From: a virus
Lineage: Duplodnaviria; Caudoviricetes
IMG/VR virus record: IMGVR_UViG_3300030085_003139
Location: 1 to 59,661 of that record
DNA: 59,661 nucleotides
Reading direction: 5' to 3' (one strand)
Shown here: one piece after another, positions 1-8,266 of the stretch
How positions within the stretch are numbered: position 1 is the stretch's first letter
Layout: every line of letters begins with the position of its first letter
Position numbers and translations under genes: made by a program
The notes under the pieces: generated by a model
The model's input: only the letters and a program-made list of their open reading frames with translations
What the model was told of the DNA's origin: nothing
The model's database searches: none

Positions 1-101
1 AAAACTTTTTCTTCTCCTAATCCACTTAGGGCAACAGCCGTTTCAATTTCAAACGCGTGGGGGATAAAACCTTTTTTCTTGACAGCAATCTGCGCCCTTT
101 T
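1..101. repeat. Terminal overlap, copy 1 (circular assembly)
   Basis: Matches 59561-59661 with one mismatch (position 99 T versus 59659 C). Confidence 0.97.
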
Positions 102-167
102 AAGTAAATCTAAATTTTTTGACGAAATATAACTTTTCGAAAAAACATATCTATTAAAGGGGTTCAT
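1..167 (-). CDS. 5' part of a 103-aa hypothetical protein spanning the circular junction (continues 59560 to 59416)
   Basis: ATG at 167 preceded by AAGGAGG; hand translation MNPFNRYVF...EEKVF-VVCDCYK...KLI* stays open across the join. Confidence 0.75.
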   Translation of the reverse strand, partial: MNPFNRYVFSKSYISSKNLDLLKRAQIAVKKKGFIPHAFEIETAVALSGLGEEKV

Positions 168-176
168 ATTTCCTCC

Positions 177-353
177 TTACCAATTTAAAGGTTTTTCTTC
201 CCCAGTAATGGGGCAATCAAAGCAGCCATCAGCATTGATATCCTGCTTATAATCCTCTTTCAGAATTCGATAGAATTCCTCTTCGTTCTTGGCTTCGATC
301 GTGCCGAAGGTAACTCCGTAGTCGCTTTCGAGCTGAAAATGATACTCATGCAT
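177..353 (-). CDS. Hypothetical protein (58 aa)
   Basis: 3' part of track ORF 177..461; ATG at 353 overlaps the stop of the upstream gene. Confidence 0.65.
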   Translation of the reverse strand: MHEYHFQLESDYGVTFGTIEAKNEEEFYRILKEDYKQDINADGCFDCPITGEEKPLNW

Positions 354-903
354 CTTCGCACTCCTTTTCATATTCTTTATATTCCTGAACGCGCTTAGCA
401 GTGCGCTCTTTAAGATGCTCTGGGAGCTCGGCGCCCTGATAAAGAAAAGCGCTGTCCTCATAAAGAATATCCATCCACGGTTCAGCGCACGTGGGAAGCG
501 GCTTGTGATACACTTCCACGTCGTCAGGATATTCCCAATTGTGATAATAAACGCAGTGCTTATCTTCGACGACTTGCGTCCAATGGATATCGTGTCCCGT
601 GCGTTCGCCCAAGCTTATAGCCAATGCTTTGCGTCGTTTGACTTCATCTTCGCCTTTATGCCAGTAAGCTTCGTTGTCTTGAACCGTCGCAACTCTGGTG
701 GCAACAACGTGCTCTCCCATGCCATTGGCAAGCGTTACTTTCTGCCCAACCTTCGAAGTTAAGAGTTCTCTTAACTTTTCGATCATGCCATCTTCGCCCC
801 AATACGCTTCTAAATTAAACTCTTCAGAAACAAAATTTTCCATTGTGCAGATCCTAGGTTTGACATCGCCATAACCTTCCAACCATTCTACTTTAAAGTT
901 CAT
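346..903 (-). CDS. Hypothetical protein
   Basis: 185-aa ORF with AAGGAG RBS, in a tight leftward operon. Confidence 0.75.
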   Translation of the reverse strand: MNFKVEWLEGYGDVKPRICTMENFVSEEFNLEAYWGEDGMIEKLRELLTSKVGQKVTLANGMGEHVVATRVATVQDNEAYWHKGEDEVKRRKALAISLGERTGHDIHWTQVVEDKHCVYYHNWEYPDDVEVYHKPLPTCAEPWMDILYEDSAFLYQGAELPEHLKERTAKRVQEYKEYEKECEDA

Positions 904-913
904 TCTTTTCTCC

Positions 914-1888
914 TTACAATTTATCTAAAAAGGCATACTGATCTTTGTGGGGAAAAATATCCCTTACCCGCGCATCAATCAGATCCCCATACTCTTCGTT
1001 AAGCTCGCACAAAATTGCTTGTCGCCCATGCTTCAAAGCAACTCCCGCCGTTGTTCCAGAACCGCCAAACGGATCCAAAACAGTATCGCCCATTTTACTA
1101 CCCGCCAGAATACAAGGCTCAATGAGCTCTGGTGGAAAAACTGCAAAGTGTGCGCCCTTGTACGGCTTTGCAGTTACTTGCCAAACGGAACGGCGATTAC
1201 GTTTAAAGTCGGACGGCATGTAGTCCGCGCGACTTCGAGCTAAGTCAGGGCGAGCTTCTTCATAGCTTCCAGCCCCACTGCCCTTGTTGTTCATTTTATT
1301 GCGCTGGAGAAAATCCTTAATGTTTTCTTCAGAACAATCCTCCTTTACCGCTTCACTATCGTAATAATACTTTGGCGACTTAGAGAACAAAAATATATAT
1401 TCGTGGCTCTTGGTGCACCTGTCCTTCACACTCTCAGGCATGGGATTAGGCTTGCTCCAGATAATGTCCTGCCGCAAATACCAGCCGTCGGCTTGTAGCG
1501 CAAAAGCCAAGCGCCACGGCACGCCGATCAAATCTTTTGGTTTCAACCCATCAGGAACAATCTTCGAATGCTTGTATTCCATGTTCTGCTGATCGTGGCT
1601 CTTGGTAAGATTACCCGCCGGACCTTTTCCACTACCCGCGTAACTGTCCCCAATGTTAACCCATAAAGTGCCATCATCTTTTAAAACTCTTTTTACTTCC
1701 CGAAACACTTCAACGAGCTTATCTACAAATTCTTCGGGAGTTTGCTCCAACCCAATCTGGCCGTCTTTGCCGTAGTCCCTCAAACCAAAGTACGGGGGGC
1801 TCGTGACGCAGCACTGTATTGAGTTGGGTTCGAGCGATCGCATCGACTTCATGCAATCGCCCATTAGTATTTTGTAGTCGCTAATCAT
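914..1888 (-). CDS. DNA methyltransferase, beta-class N4-C/N6-A (N6_N4_Mtase)
   Basis: TSPPY motif IV near the N-terminus, HFAVFP, and LDPFGGSGTT motif I near the C-terminus. Confidence 0.93.
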   Translation of the reverse strand: MISDYKILMGDCMKSMRSLEPNSIQCCVTSPPYFGLRDYGKDGQIGLEQTPEEFVDKLVEVFREVKRVLKDDGTLWVNIGDSYAGSGKGPAGNLTKSHDQQNMEYKHSKIVPDGLKPKDLIGVPWRLAFALQADGWYLRQDIIWSKPNPMPESVKDRCTKSHEYIFLFSKSPKYYYDSEAVKEDCSEENIKDFLQRNKMNNKGSGAGSYEEARPDLARSRADYMPSDFKRNRRSVWQVTAKPYKGAHFAVFPPELIEPCILAGSKMGDTVLDPFGGSGTTAGVALKHGRQAILCELNEEYGDLIDARVRDIFPHKDQYAFLDKL

Positions 1889-2183
1889 TCTTAACTTCCC
1901 AGTGCATTTCAATTTCAATGCCCGTATAGCGACAATAGCCTATAGCTTCGTGTGCTTTGCGCGGGTTAATATGTTCCCCAAACAGAGCTTTAGTTTTTCC
2001 ATCATCCTGCAAAACAAGATCCATGAAGTAGCCCCCTTCGTTGTCTTTACTATCCCAACACAAGACGCGCCCGTTTCGAGAAAGAGACGTAGGCGCCTCA
2101 CCAAGTATAACGCTGAGCTCGCATGCCGTGTCGACAAACTTGGAAATGCACTCAGGCATTGGCTCTTTTAGTTCGTAAGACAT
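1881..2183 (-). CDS. Hypothetical protein
   Basis: 100-aa ORF overlapping neighbours in the same operon. Confidence 0.65.
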   Translation of the reverse strand: MSYELKEPMPECISKFVDTACELSVILGEAPTSLSRNGRVLCWDSKDNEGGYFMDLVLQDDGKTKALFGEHINPRKAHEAIGYCRYTGIEIEMHWEVKND

Positions 2184-2329
2184 TCTTCGCCCCCTTTATC
2201 GGGCTCAATGCGCCACGTTCCATGTTTAACATCAGCAAACTCGAAGCGAGTGAGAAACTCCTCCATCGCTTCTTCTACATCTTCCGCTTCAATAGCTTCG
2301 GATAGCACAACAGAAACCTTGTAACGCAT
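2168..2329 (-). CDS. Small acidic hypothetical protein (53 aa, not in ORF track)
   Basis: TAATG coupling with the upstream gene; MRYKVSVVLSEAIEAEDVEEA...; fills the operon gap. Confidence 0.6.
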   Translation of the reverse strand: MRYKVSVVLSEAIEAEDVEEAMEEFLTRFEFADVKHGTWRIEPDKGGEECLTN

Positions 2330-2613
2330 TATTCTACCCCTGCTTTCTTACCGAGGTTCTTGAACCGCTCCATCAAAGCCCTGTTAACTATAAGAGTGTT
2401 TTCAGTTAGATCATTCTGCAAATTTTTAATTGCATTCTCCAACCGCTCGATCGAACAGTTAATCTGCCCGTAGTAAGGTATTTCCTTTTCAAAAGCCTCA
2501 CGATCCGCTTTCTTCCAATCTTTCAAAAGATTTTCAAAAAGAGTTATGTCCGCCTTAGCCGCGTCCAATTGCTGCCTGAAGTGGACTTCCAAAATATGGT
2601 ACTTAATTTCCAT
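2329..2613 (-). CDS. Hypothetical coiled-coil protein
   Basis: AAGGAG RBS before ATG at 2613; first gene after the divergent promoter. Confidence 0.7.
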   Translation of the reverse strand: MEIKYHILEVHFRQQLDAAKADITLFENLLKDWKKADREAFEKEIPYYGQINCSIERLENAIKNLQNDLTENTLIVNRALMERFKNLGKKAGVE

Positions 2614-2629
2614 TGTCGTCTCCTTGTTA

Positions 2630-2672
2630 CTTGACAAATATAAGATGATATAAGATATATGGGTTTGTCAAG
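2630..2672. promoter_or_regulatory. Overlapping divergent promoters with two TATAAGAT boxes
   Basis: CTTGACAAA...TTTGTCAAG places TTGACA on both strands at the strand switch; TATAAGAT at 2639 and 2649. Confidence 0.65.
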
Positions 2673-2694
2673 TAAAAAAACAAGGAAGTATATT

Positions 2695-3180
2695 ATGAAA
2701 GTAGAAGCGACCGTCGAAAACTGCGAAGAATGCAGTGGCACGGGTAAGATATCATATGAACGGCCAGAGCCGTGGATATCTAGAGATAGCCCCCCATCAT
2801 TAGAAGAGGTTACAGAAGACTGTAACGAATGCGGCGGTTTAGGAACCGTGCAAGTAATTAATTTAAATTCGGAGGAAAAAATGCTGACAACAATAACAGA
2901 TAAAAGACCCACGTTAAAAGAGGCTCAAGATATAGTCGGTGGTTATGTAGAAATGGTCATAGATACTGACCTAATGCAACTCATGGTCGATGAAGAAGGG
3001 CTCTTGAAAAATTTACCCTTCAATCCTGAAGCCAGCAAAATGGCAGATCGCCATATTGTAGGTAACGCGCTTGTTCTAAAGGGCTCTGCTATGTGGACGC
3101 ACGAAGAACCACCCGCGCAACAACCCATCGACGAAATGCTCGACGGCATCTTTAAAAAAGTTTTTAAAGATAAATGGTAA
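2695..3180 (+). CDS. DnaJ-type zinc finger fused to a DUF3846-like domain
   Basis: CEECSGTG and CNECGGLG; then LKEAQDIVGGYVE...DEEGLLKNLPFNPEAS...IVGNAL. Confidence 0.7.
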   Translation: MKVEATVENCEECSGTGKISYERPEPWISRDSPPSLEEVTEDCNECGGLGTVQVINLNSEEKMLTTITDKRPTLKEAQDIVGGYVEMVIDTDLMQLMVDEEGLLKNLPFNPEASKMADRHIVGNALVLKGSAMWTHEEPPAQQPIDEMLDGIFKKVFKDKW

Positions 3181-3193
3181 AAAACACGGCGCC

Positions 3194-3454
3194 GTGGTAC
3201 GCTTAGCTATGACAAATAAATTAGAAAATATGATCATAGACGCTAAAGTCACAACCGAGGTATTCACCGACGCGCTCGATGAATGCTTCGGTTACGCCTG
3301 CGACCCCAGTGTCGTCTATACATCAGCTCTTCAAACTGTCCTGCTTAGTATGCTACGGCACGCCCACGATAAACAAAGCGCCATAGAGACGGCCAAGTTC
3401 TGTATTACAGCCGCCTCAATCATGGACGAACAAGAAGAAAGCACCATCCACTAA
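3194..3454 (+). CDS. Hypothetical protein
   Basis: ORF coupled to the next gene by TAATG; start codon uncertain. Confidence 0.6.
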   Translation: MVRLAMTNKLENMIIDAKVTTEVFTDALDECFGYACDPSVVYTSALQTVLLSMLRHAHDKQSAIETAKFCITAASIMDEQEESTIH

Positions 3455-3642
3455 TGATATTCATTAATAAAGAAAAACACCTCATCGACGTCATATCCTC
3501 GCGCAAGGCCGCTGAGAAAGAATACGACGATATCGTTTGGGATTACGGGGTCAACGACCCACGGCTCGCGGAGCTCGCAAAACAAATCGAAGAATACGAA
3601 GAGCTCGAAAGAGACGGCGTCACCATCGCACCGAATTTTTAA
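3454..3642 (+). CDS. Hypothetical protein
   Basis: 62-aa ORF with translational coupling. Confidence 0.65.
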   Translation: MIFINKEKHLIDVISSRKAAEKEYDDIVWDYGVNDPRLAELAKQIEEYEELERDGVTIAPNF

Positions 3643-3658
3643 TGTTTCACGTGAAACA
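3643..3658. other. parS: parS site 1 (chromosomal ParB/Spo0J-type)
   Basis: Exact palindrome TGTTTCACGTGAAACA, intergenic. Confidence 0.85.
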
Positions 3659-3798
3659 ATTGAAAATCGTTTAAAAACAATGACTTACGGGTGCGACACT
3701 ATGTCGCATAGTAAATACCAGTAAGCTGTGGTACTCTTACGTATCGAACAAAGTTCGATACGTTATTTGACATCGTTGATTTTAGCCGACTAGGGCAA

Positions 3799-3814
3799 TG
3801 TTTCACGTGAAACA
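3799..3814. other. parS: parS site 2
   Basis: Exact palindrome TGTTTCACGTGAAACA, intergenic. Confidence 0.85.
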
Positions 3815-3861
3815 ATCGAGCCCGATAATGTCTATTCCACTTTTAATATGAGGTTAATATT

Positions 3862-4611
3862 ATGGTTAAAATAAAACCAGTTAACAATGCATCCAGCGAC
3901 ACAAATCGGTATTGCGGACCGGCTGTGATTAGCGCTGTAACGGGAATGACTACAGGAGAAGCTGCAAGGCTAATCCGACATGTCAGCGGTCAGAAAATGG
4001 TGAAGGGTTCACATACCTTCCACGTTCTTCGAGCCCTGTCACTTTGTAACATTCACAATAGGAGAATGACGGTTGCCACCAGATTTAGCGCTCCGACGTT
4101 AAATCAATGGCTTAAAGGTTCAAAAGACATGCGAACCTCTGGCCGAGTTTTCCTGATCGTTGCAGGCAATCATTTTCAGTTGGTCGAAGGCCGACGATAT
4201 GTTTGCGGAAGAACACGAGACATAGTCAGTGTTCGAAGCAAGTATGTGAAGCGACGATGTCGAGTCGAAACGGTTCACGAGCTAATCAGCGAAGGTAGAA
4301 TACAAATACCAAACGCAGCTCGTAAGCCCGTGGATCACGCGGCCAGCGATAGAGCCAAAGCACAACGCTTTGCTAAAAAGCTGGACGTCACAATTGATAT
4401 CGAAAGATATTACGATTATGACAACCGCTTCTCCCAGTATTGGGTCAATGGATATAAAGACGTTGATGCCAATGGCGAGGACATTGATTTTTCCCACGAA
4501 GGAATTATCGACGGTCACTGCGCTTACGACTGGGGCGAAGTTCTTGATAAGCTTCACGCCATCGCAGCCTACCGCGAAGAGCATGGATACAATATCAAGG
4601 AGGACGCGTAA
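3862..4611 (+). CDS. Hypothetical protein, possible papain/C39-like N-terminal domain
   Basis: YCGPAVISAVTG and a later LIVAGNHFQLV; GAGGT RBS. Confidence 0.6.
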   Translation: MVKIKPVNNASSDTNRYCGPAVISAVTGMTTGEAARLIRHVSGQKMVKGSHTFHVLRALSLCNIHNRRMTVATRFSAPTLNQWLKGSKDMRTSGRVFLIVAGNHFQLVEGRRYVCGRTRDIVSVRSKYVKRRCRVETVHELISEGRIQIPNAARKPVDHAASDRAKAQRFAKKLDVTIDIERYYDYDNRFSQYWVNGYKDVDANGEDIDFSHEGIIDGHCAYDWGEVLDKLHAIAAYREEHGYNIKEDA

Positions 4612-4901
4612 TGGCTTGGGAAGGAAGAGGTATGGTTTGGAAAAGTAAAGTGAGGTGCCGCAATTGCGGCGCCCACGCCAAAAAACTTACCGAACGATAT
4701 TGGGGGCACGAGCCCTATAACGGCAATCTCCAGATTGTTAAGGATAGCTCATACCAACACAAAGATACGGACGGTAACGTCGTTACTAGTTACAGCCTGT
4801 CTCTTTGGGATGGAGAATCCTATACCCTGTACGCTGGTAAATTCTGCACCAATAGATGCGCCATCGACTGGGCAAACGATTGGGCAAGAGATCCAGAATA
4901 A
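4611..4901 (+). CDS. Putative zinc-binding protein
   Basis: CRNC and FCTNRC; TAATG coupling. Confidence 0.65.
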   Translation: MAWEGRGMVWKSKVRCRNCGAHAKKLTERYWGHEPYNGNLQIVKDSSYQHKDTDGNVVTSYSLSLWDGESYTLYAGKFCTNRCAIDWANDWARDPE

Positions 4902-4910
4902 TAAACAACG

Positions 4911-4937
4911 AACCCCGCTTCACGGCGGGGTTTTTTT
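4911..4937 (+). terminator. Intrinsic terminator
   Basis: AACCCCGC-ttcacg-GCGGGGTT followed by a T run. Confidence 0.85.
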
Positions 4938-5055
4938 ATGCCAAAAAGTAAAAGGGGCGCATGATAAAACATACACCCCTTAATCTGATAAGCACAGATC
5001 CGTAGCATAATTTGTTTATAAGTTGTATTGTATTTAACGTCAATAGGAGGACACC

Positions 5056-5262
5056 ATGTCTAAAATTAGAAAAATCAAAAAAGAAGGCCATTTGCCTGAT
5101 TACTACTATGTGCTGCCAAACGATGATCGGATCGACATTCTTGTTCTGCGATCCAAAAAAGGAAATACTTATACAATGCACCTGCCGCAGCCGCACGGGG
5201 TCAAAGTCTTTCATAAGATGAACGAAATGCGCGAATTCCTGATCGCGGCCTTCGGTACATAA
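5056..5262 (+). CDS. Hypothetical protein
   Basis: AGGAGG RBS, 68 aa. Confidence 0.7.
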   Translation: MSKIRKIKKEGHLPDYYYVLPNDDRIDILVLRSKKGNTYTMHLPQPHGVKVFHKMNEMREFLIAAFGT

Positions 5263-5512
5263 TAAACGCCTTATATGTATATATGGCCAGAAAAATAAAA
5301 AAAATAATTTTTCAAAAAGTAGCCGCAACCCGTGTAACCGTGTAACTTTCCCAAATTCCCCTTATTATATAAGGGCTTATTAGTTACAAAGTTAGTTACA
5401 CTGTATTTTTACAGGTGTAACCGTTCCTTAATATCAAAAAGTCGTTATGCGGGTTTGAAAATAAAAAAAATAATTTTTGGTTTTCTGGCTATATATACAT
5501 AAAGCGTGTTTA
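5263..5512. repeat. Nested inverted/direct repeat region upstream of terS (ori or pac candidate)
   Basis: Imperfect inverted repeat of about 30 bp at the ends, duplicated A/T tract, TGTAAC/GTTACA boxes around CCCTTAT-tat-ATAAGGG. Confidence 0.7.
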
Positions 5513-5569
5513 CAAGAAGATATCCTTCGGTTTAAGGTGAGCTTACTTTATTTTACGAAGGAGAACAAA

Positions 5570-6208
5570 ATGAATAAAGCGGATCGTTATGTCATTCCCG
5601 AAGGTGCGGAAAGACCGAAGAAGAAATACTTAAAAAAATACTTGCCTGAAGATAAACCCTTAAACAGGCGTGAAGAGCTCTTTGTTAAAGAACTGGTTGC
5701 TAAAGACGGCCAGATAACTTTGCGCGATGCAGCCATCAATGCGGGATATCCGCCAAAGTCTGCTCACGTGCGAGCTCACGAACTTACCAACCCAGCGATT
5801 AAACCAAACGTTGTGAAAGCTATTAAGCAGTTTAGAGCTGAGCTGGATCAAAAGTATGGCGTCGAATATAAACGGCACCTTAGAGATTTACAGGTGATCC
5901 GCGATGCTGCTTTGGATAGTGGCGCCTTTAGTGCTGCCGTCCAAGCTGAGTACCGTCGAGGACAAGCGCAAGGGGACATTTACGTTAACAAGTCTGAAAT
6001 AAGGCATGGAACTATTGATAGCATGTCAAAAGAAGAAGTGCTAAATGCTATTAAAGAACTAAAGCAAACATATGACCCAGTCACTATTGACATTACACCC
6101 GTCGAAGAAAGCGACAAAAACCGCGACAAAGCCAGAAAGCGCGTTTTGGGCTCAGTTTCGGAAGAAAGTAACGACACTGAGGAAGTCTTGGAAGATGGAA
6201 AGAATTGA
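5570..6208 (+). CDS. terS: Terminase small subunit
   Basis: LNRREELFVKE...AAINAGYPPKSAHVRAHEL...P.VVKAI HTH pattern typical of TerS; AAGGAG RBS before 5570. Confidence 0.75.
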   Translation: MNKADRYVIPEGAERPKKKYLKKYLPEDKPLNRREELFVKELVAKDGQITLRDAAINAGYPPKSAHVRAHELTNPAIKPNVVKAIKQFRAELDQKYGVEYKRHLRDLQVIRDAALDSGAFSAAVQAEYRRGQAQGDIYVNKSEIRHGTIDSMSKEEVLNAIKELKQTYDPVTIDITPVEESDKNRDKARKRVLGSVSEESNDTEEVLEDGKN

Positions 6209-6536
6209 AAACTGGGCGGGGCTCGGTTTTCCTGACGTTTTCATTAATGCGGACGGGCAATTCCATTTGCTGGAATTGAAGTATTCTGACGGTAACGCGG
6301 TCAAGCTGCGCCCCCATCAAGTGTCTTTTCATAGCCGTAATCAAAACGGTTCAAGCTGGATACTGGTAAAGCGTGCCCCAGAAAGTAAAACGTCTGGATA
6401 CGATATGTCTCTTTATCATGCATCGCAGGCTATTGAAGTTGCTCAAAATGGTTTAAAGACACAACCAAAGTATAAGTTGAATAGTCGAGATAACTGGGAA
6501 AATCTTTTTGACGCTATTACAAAAGAGGGCTCATAA
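6072..6536 (+). CDS. VRR-NUC/Holliday-junction-resolvase-like PD-(D/E)xK nuclease
   Basis: RIEN...GFPDV...LLELK...LRPHQVSFH. Confidence 0.75.
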   Translation: MTQSLLTLHPSKKATKTATKPESAFWAQFRKKVTTLRKSWKMERIENWAGLGFPDVFINADGQFHLLELKYSDGNAVKLRPHQVSFHSRNQNGSSWILVKRAPESKTSGYDMSLYHASQAIEVAQNGLKTQPKYKLNSRDNWENLFDAITKEGS

Positions 6537-6664
6537 TGTTTTGGCTATTGGAGTATCTTGTTAAATGGCTGGATAGGGATAAAATGGATATAGACGAAGA
6601 GCTCAGGCAGGTTAAAGAGCGGCTGGGCTGGGATTGGGATAATGAGGACAAGCGGGGCAAATGA
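6536..6664 (+). CDS. Small hypothetical protein (42 aa, not in ORF track)
   Basis: TAATG coupling; MFWLLEYLVKWLDRDK...; ends at a terminator. Confidence 0.55.
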   Translation: MFWLLEYLVKWLDRDKMDIDEELRQVKERLGWDWDNEDKRGK

Positions 6665-6679
6665 GCCCCGTTTTTTTTT
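6653..6679 (+). terminator. Intrinsic terminator
   Basis: CGGGGC...GCCCCG followed by T9. Confidence 0.75.
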
Positions 6680-6738
6680 ATTTGACAAAAAAAGCTGTAT
6701 AGTTTACCGATTTTTACATAGCAGTTTAGGAGGTCAAA

Positions 6739-7422
6739 ATGACAAATGCTCAAGTAAAAATTAATCCAAGTTATCTTAAAGCCGCGATGATATGCGCATC
6801 AACTGAGGGAACGCGTTATTATTTAAACGGCGTTCATTTCATTATTACTAAAGATTGGGTTCGCTTAGTGGCTACCGATGGTCATCGCGCGTTTTATTAT
6901 AAAGACGCGCTGGAAGTGACCACGCGCAGCGCTTTTCCAGATAATAGTTTGGAAGTTATAGTCGATTTAAAAGACTTGAAAAAAGCTTTAACAGGCATCA
7001 AAGTAAATGCTGGGGCGATTGATGTAATGTTTGAAAAAGAGCATGCTTTAATCAATGGGGTTCAATGCCAGTATGTCGACGCAACGTATCCAGATACTAC
7101 CCGTATCATTCCGCAATCTGATTACCAGCCAGAATGTTATCAAAAGTTAAATGACCAGCCCTTTGAAATTCAGTTGGACGCGGCATATGTTGGGGACTTT
7201 GGTAAAATGGCAAAATTGCTAGGGGTTAGTCCCTCAAACGTCTTTATTCAAAAATTTGGATTAAATCCCGCAATTGTTAATTTTGGGAAGGATCAAACTT
7301 GCTTCGCATTGATTATGCCCAAGCGTCTTTTGGATAGCGCTGGGGCGGGAATTCCGTTTCATACCATGCATTCGATTGCGTCGACCGTTGTTAATAAACC
7401 CCAGCTTCGGGAGGCGTCTTAA
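6739..7422 (+). CDS. DNA polymerase III beta-clamp-like protein (truncated, about two domains)
   Basis: RYYLNGVHF...LVATDGHR and ATYPDTTRIIP are DnaN signature segments; 227 aa only. Confidence 0.75.
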   Translation: MTNAQVKINPSYLKAAMICASTEGTRYYLNGVHFIITKDWVRLVATDGHRAFYYKDALEVTTRSAFPDNSLEVIVDLKDLKKALTGIKVNAGAIDVMFEKEHALINGVQCQYVDATYPDTTRIIPQSDYQPECYQKLNDQPFEIQLDAAYVGDFGKMAKLLGVSPSNVFIQKFGLNPAIVNFGKDQTCFALIMPKRLLDSAGAGIPFHTMHSIASTVVNKPQLREAS

Positions 7423-7823
7423 TGTATGAGGTTTATAGATGGGAGCGGGATCAACTTGCTCAAACGTACTGGGCAGGCAATGGAAAGCACGAAAAGAAAT
7501 TAGAAATTTTGCACGATTTAATAGATGATAGAATTGTTCATAAAAGAACGTTATCCCCTTGCGGCTCTTATTACACTTCAACCAAAGCTTATATGCCGAG
7601 CTCACAAAAAGGCGGGAAAAATTGGCGTTTGGAGCAGTTAAGACGGGCTAAAAATGCGTACTATCGTTTATTTAATGACGGCGATTATAATCAACTTTTT
7701 GACAATGCTTTAAAAGAATTGCCGCCATTGATGGGGTATCGGTCACTTTGCCCCAGAAATATTGACCGCGTTATGAACTTAAAAATTAAACGCGCTTGGA
7801 ATGAGCAATTCGTGAATTTATAA
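7422..7823 (+). CDS. Hypothetical early protein
   Basis: TAATG coupling, GGAGG RBS. Confidence 0.7.
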   Translation: MYEVYRWERDQLAQTYWAGNGKHEKKLEILHDLIDDRIVHKRTLSPCGSYYTSTKAYMPSSQKGGKNWRLEQLRRAKNAYYRLFNDGDYNQLFDNALKELPPLMGYRSLCPRNIDRVMNLKIKRAWNEQFVNL

Positions 7824-7824
7824 A

Positions 7825-7903
7825 AAACTTGCCATTTACTGAAATTTACTATTTAACTGGGGGCGGGGTAAAACCGCCCCTTTTTAGTATGAGGTAAAAA
7901 ATG
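7825..7903 (+). promoter_or_regulatory. Repeated promoter-hairpin-RBS element, copy 1
   Basis: AAACTTGCCATTTACTGAAATTTACTATTTAA, GGGGCGG/CCGCCCC stem, T run, GTATGAGGTA, ATG. Confidence 0.8.
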
Positions 7904-8266
7904 AAAGTACATCACACGAAATATAAGCCGCGTTATGAGGCGTATATTCTGGATCATATCGACGTCGATTATGAAAACCAGCCATTGACCACCAAAGAGC
8001 AAAAAATTGAATTTTTGGCCAAGCGCTTCAATCGTGAAAAGAAAACAGATATTGAGCAAATGGGAACTAGGCCAGCTCTAATTGATTGGTTGCAAGGCTT
8101 AGCAATTCCGTTTGCTTGCTATAATGGGGAAATTATTGATCTGGCCATTGAATTGGGCTCAATAGATGAAAACCCCAGCAATAAACTTTGTGAACGCGTA
8201 GTTGAAAATTATTTCCCGTTTATGGCTAACATTATTTTGAATATGGAAGGGTTTAACGATGTTTGA
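7901..8266 (+). CDS. Hypothetical early protein
   Basis: Starts at the element's RBS/ATG. Confidence 0.75.
   Translation: MKVHHTKYKPRYEAYILDHIDVDYENQPLTTKEQKIEFLAKRFNREKKTDIEQMGTRPALIDWLQGLAIPFACYNGEIIDLAIELGSIDENPSNKLCERVVENYFPFMANIILNMEGFNDV

Noticed and set aside
1-101. Terminal repeat as a biological direct terminal repeat
   Set aside because: It falls in the middle of an ORF and has read-like length, so an assembly overlap is the simpler explanation
4999-5030. dif-like Xer site (GCATAA...TTAT)
   Set aside because: Spacer length and XerD arm do not fit
5477-5569. N-terminal extension of TerS in the ORF track
   Set aside because: The TTG start lies within the repeat element; the ATG at 5570 has a proper AAGGAG RBS
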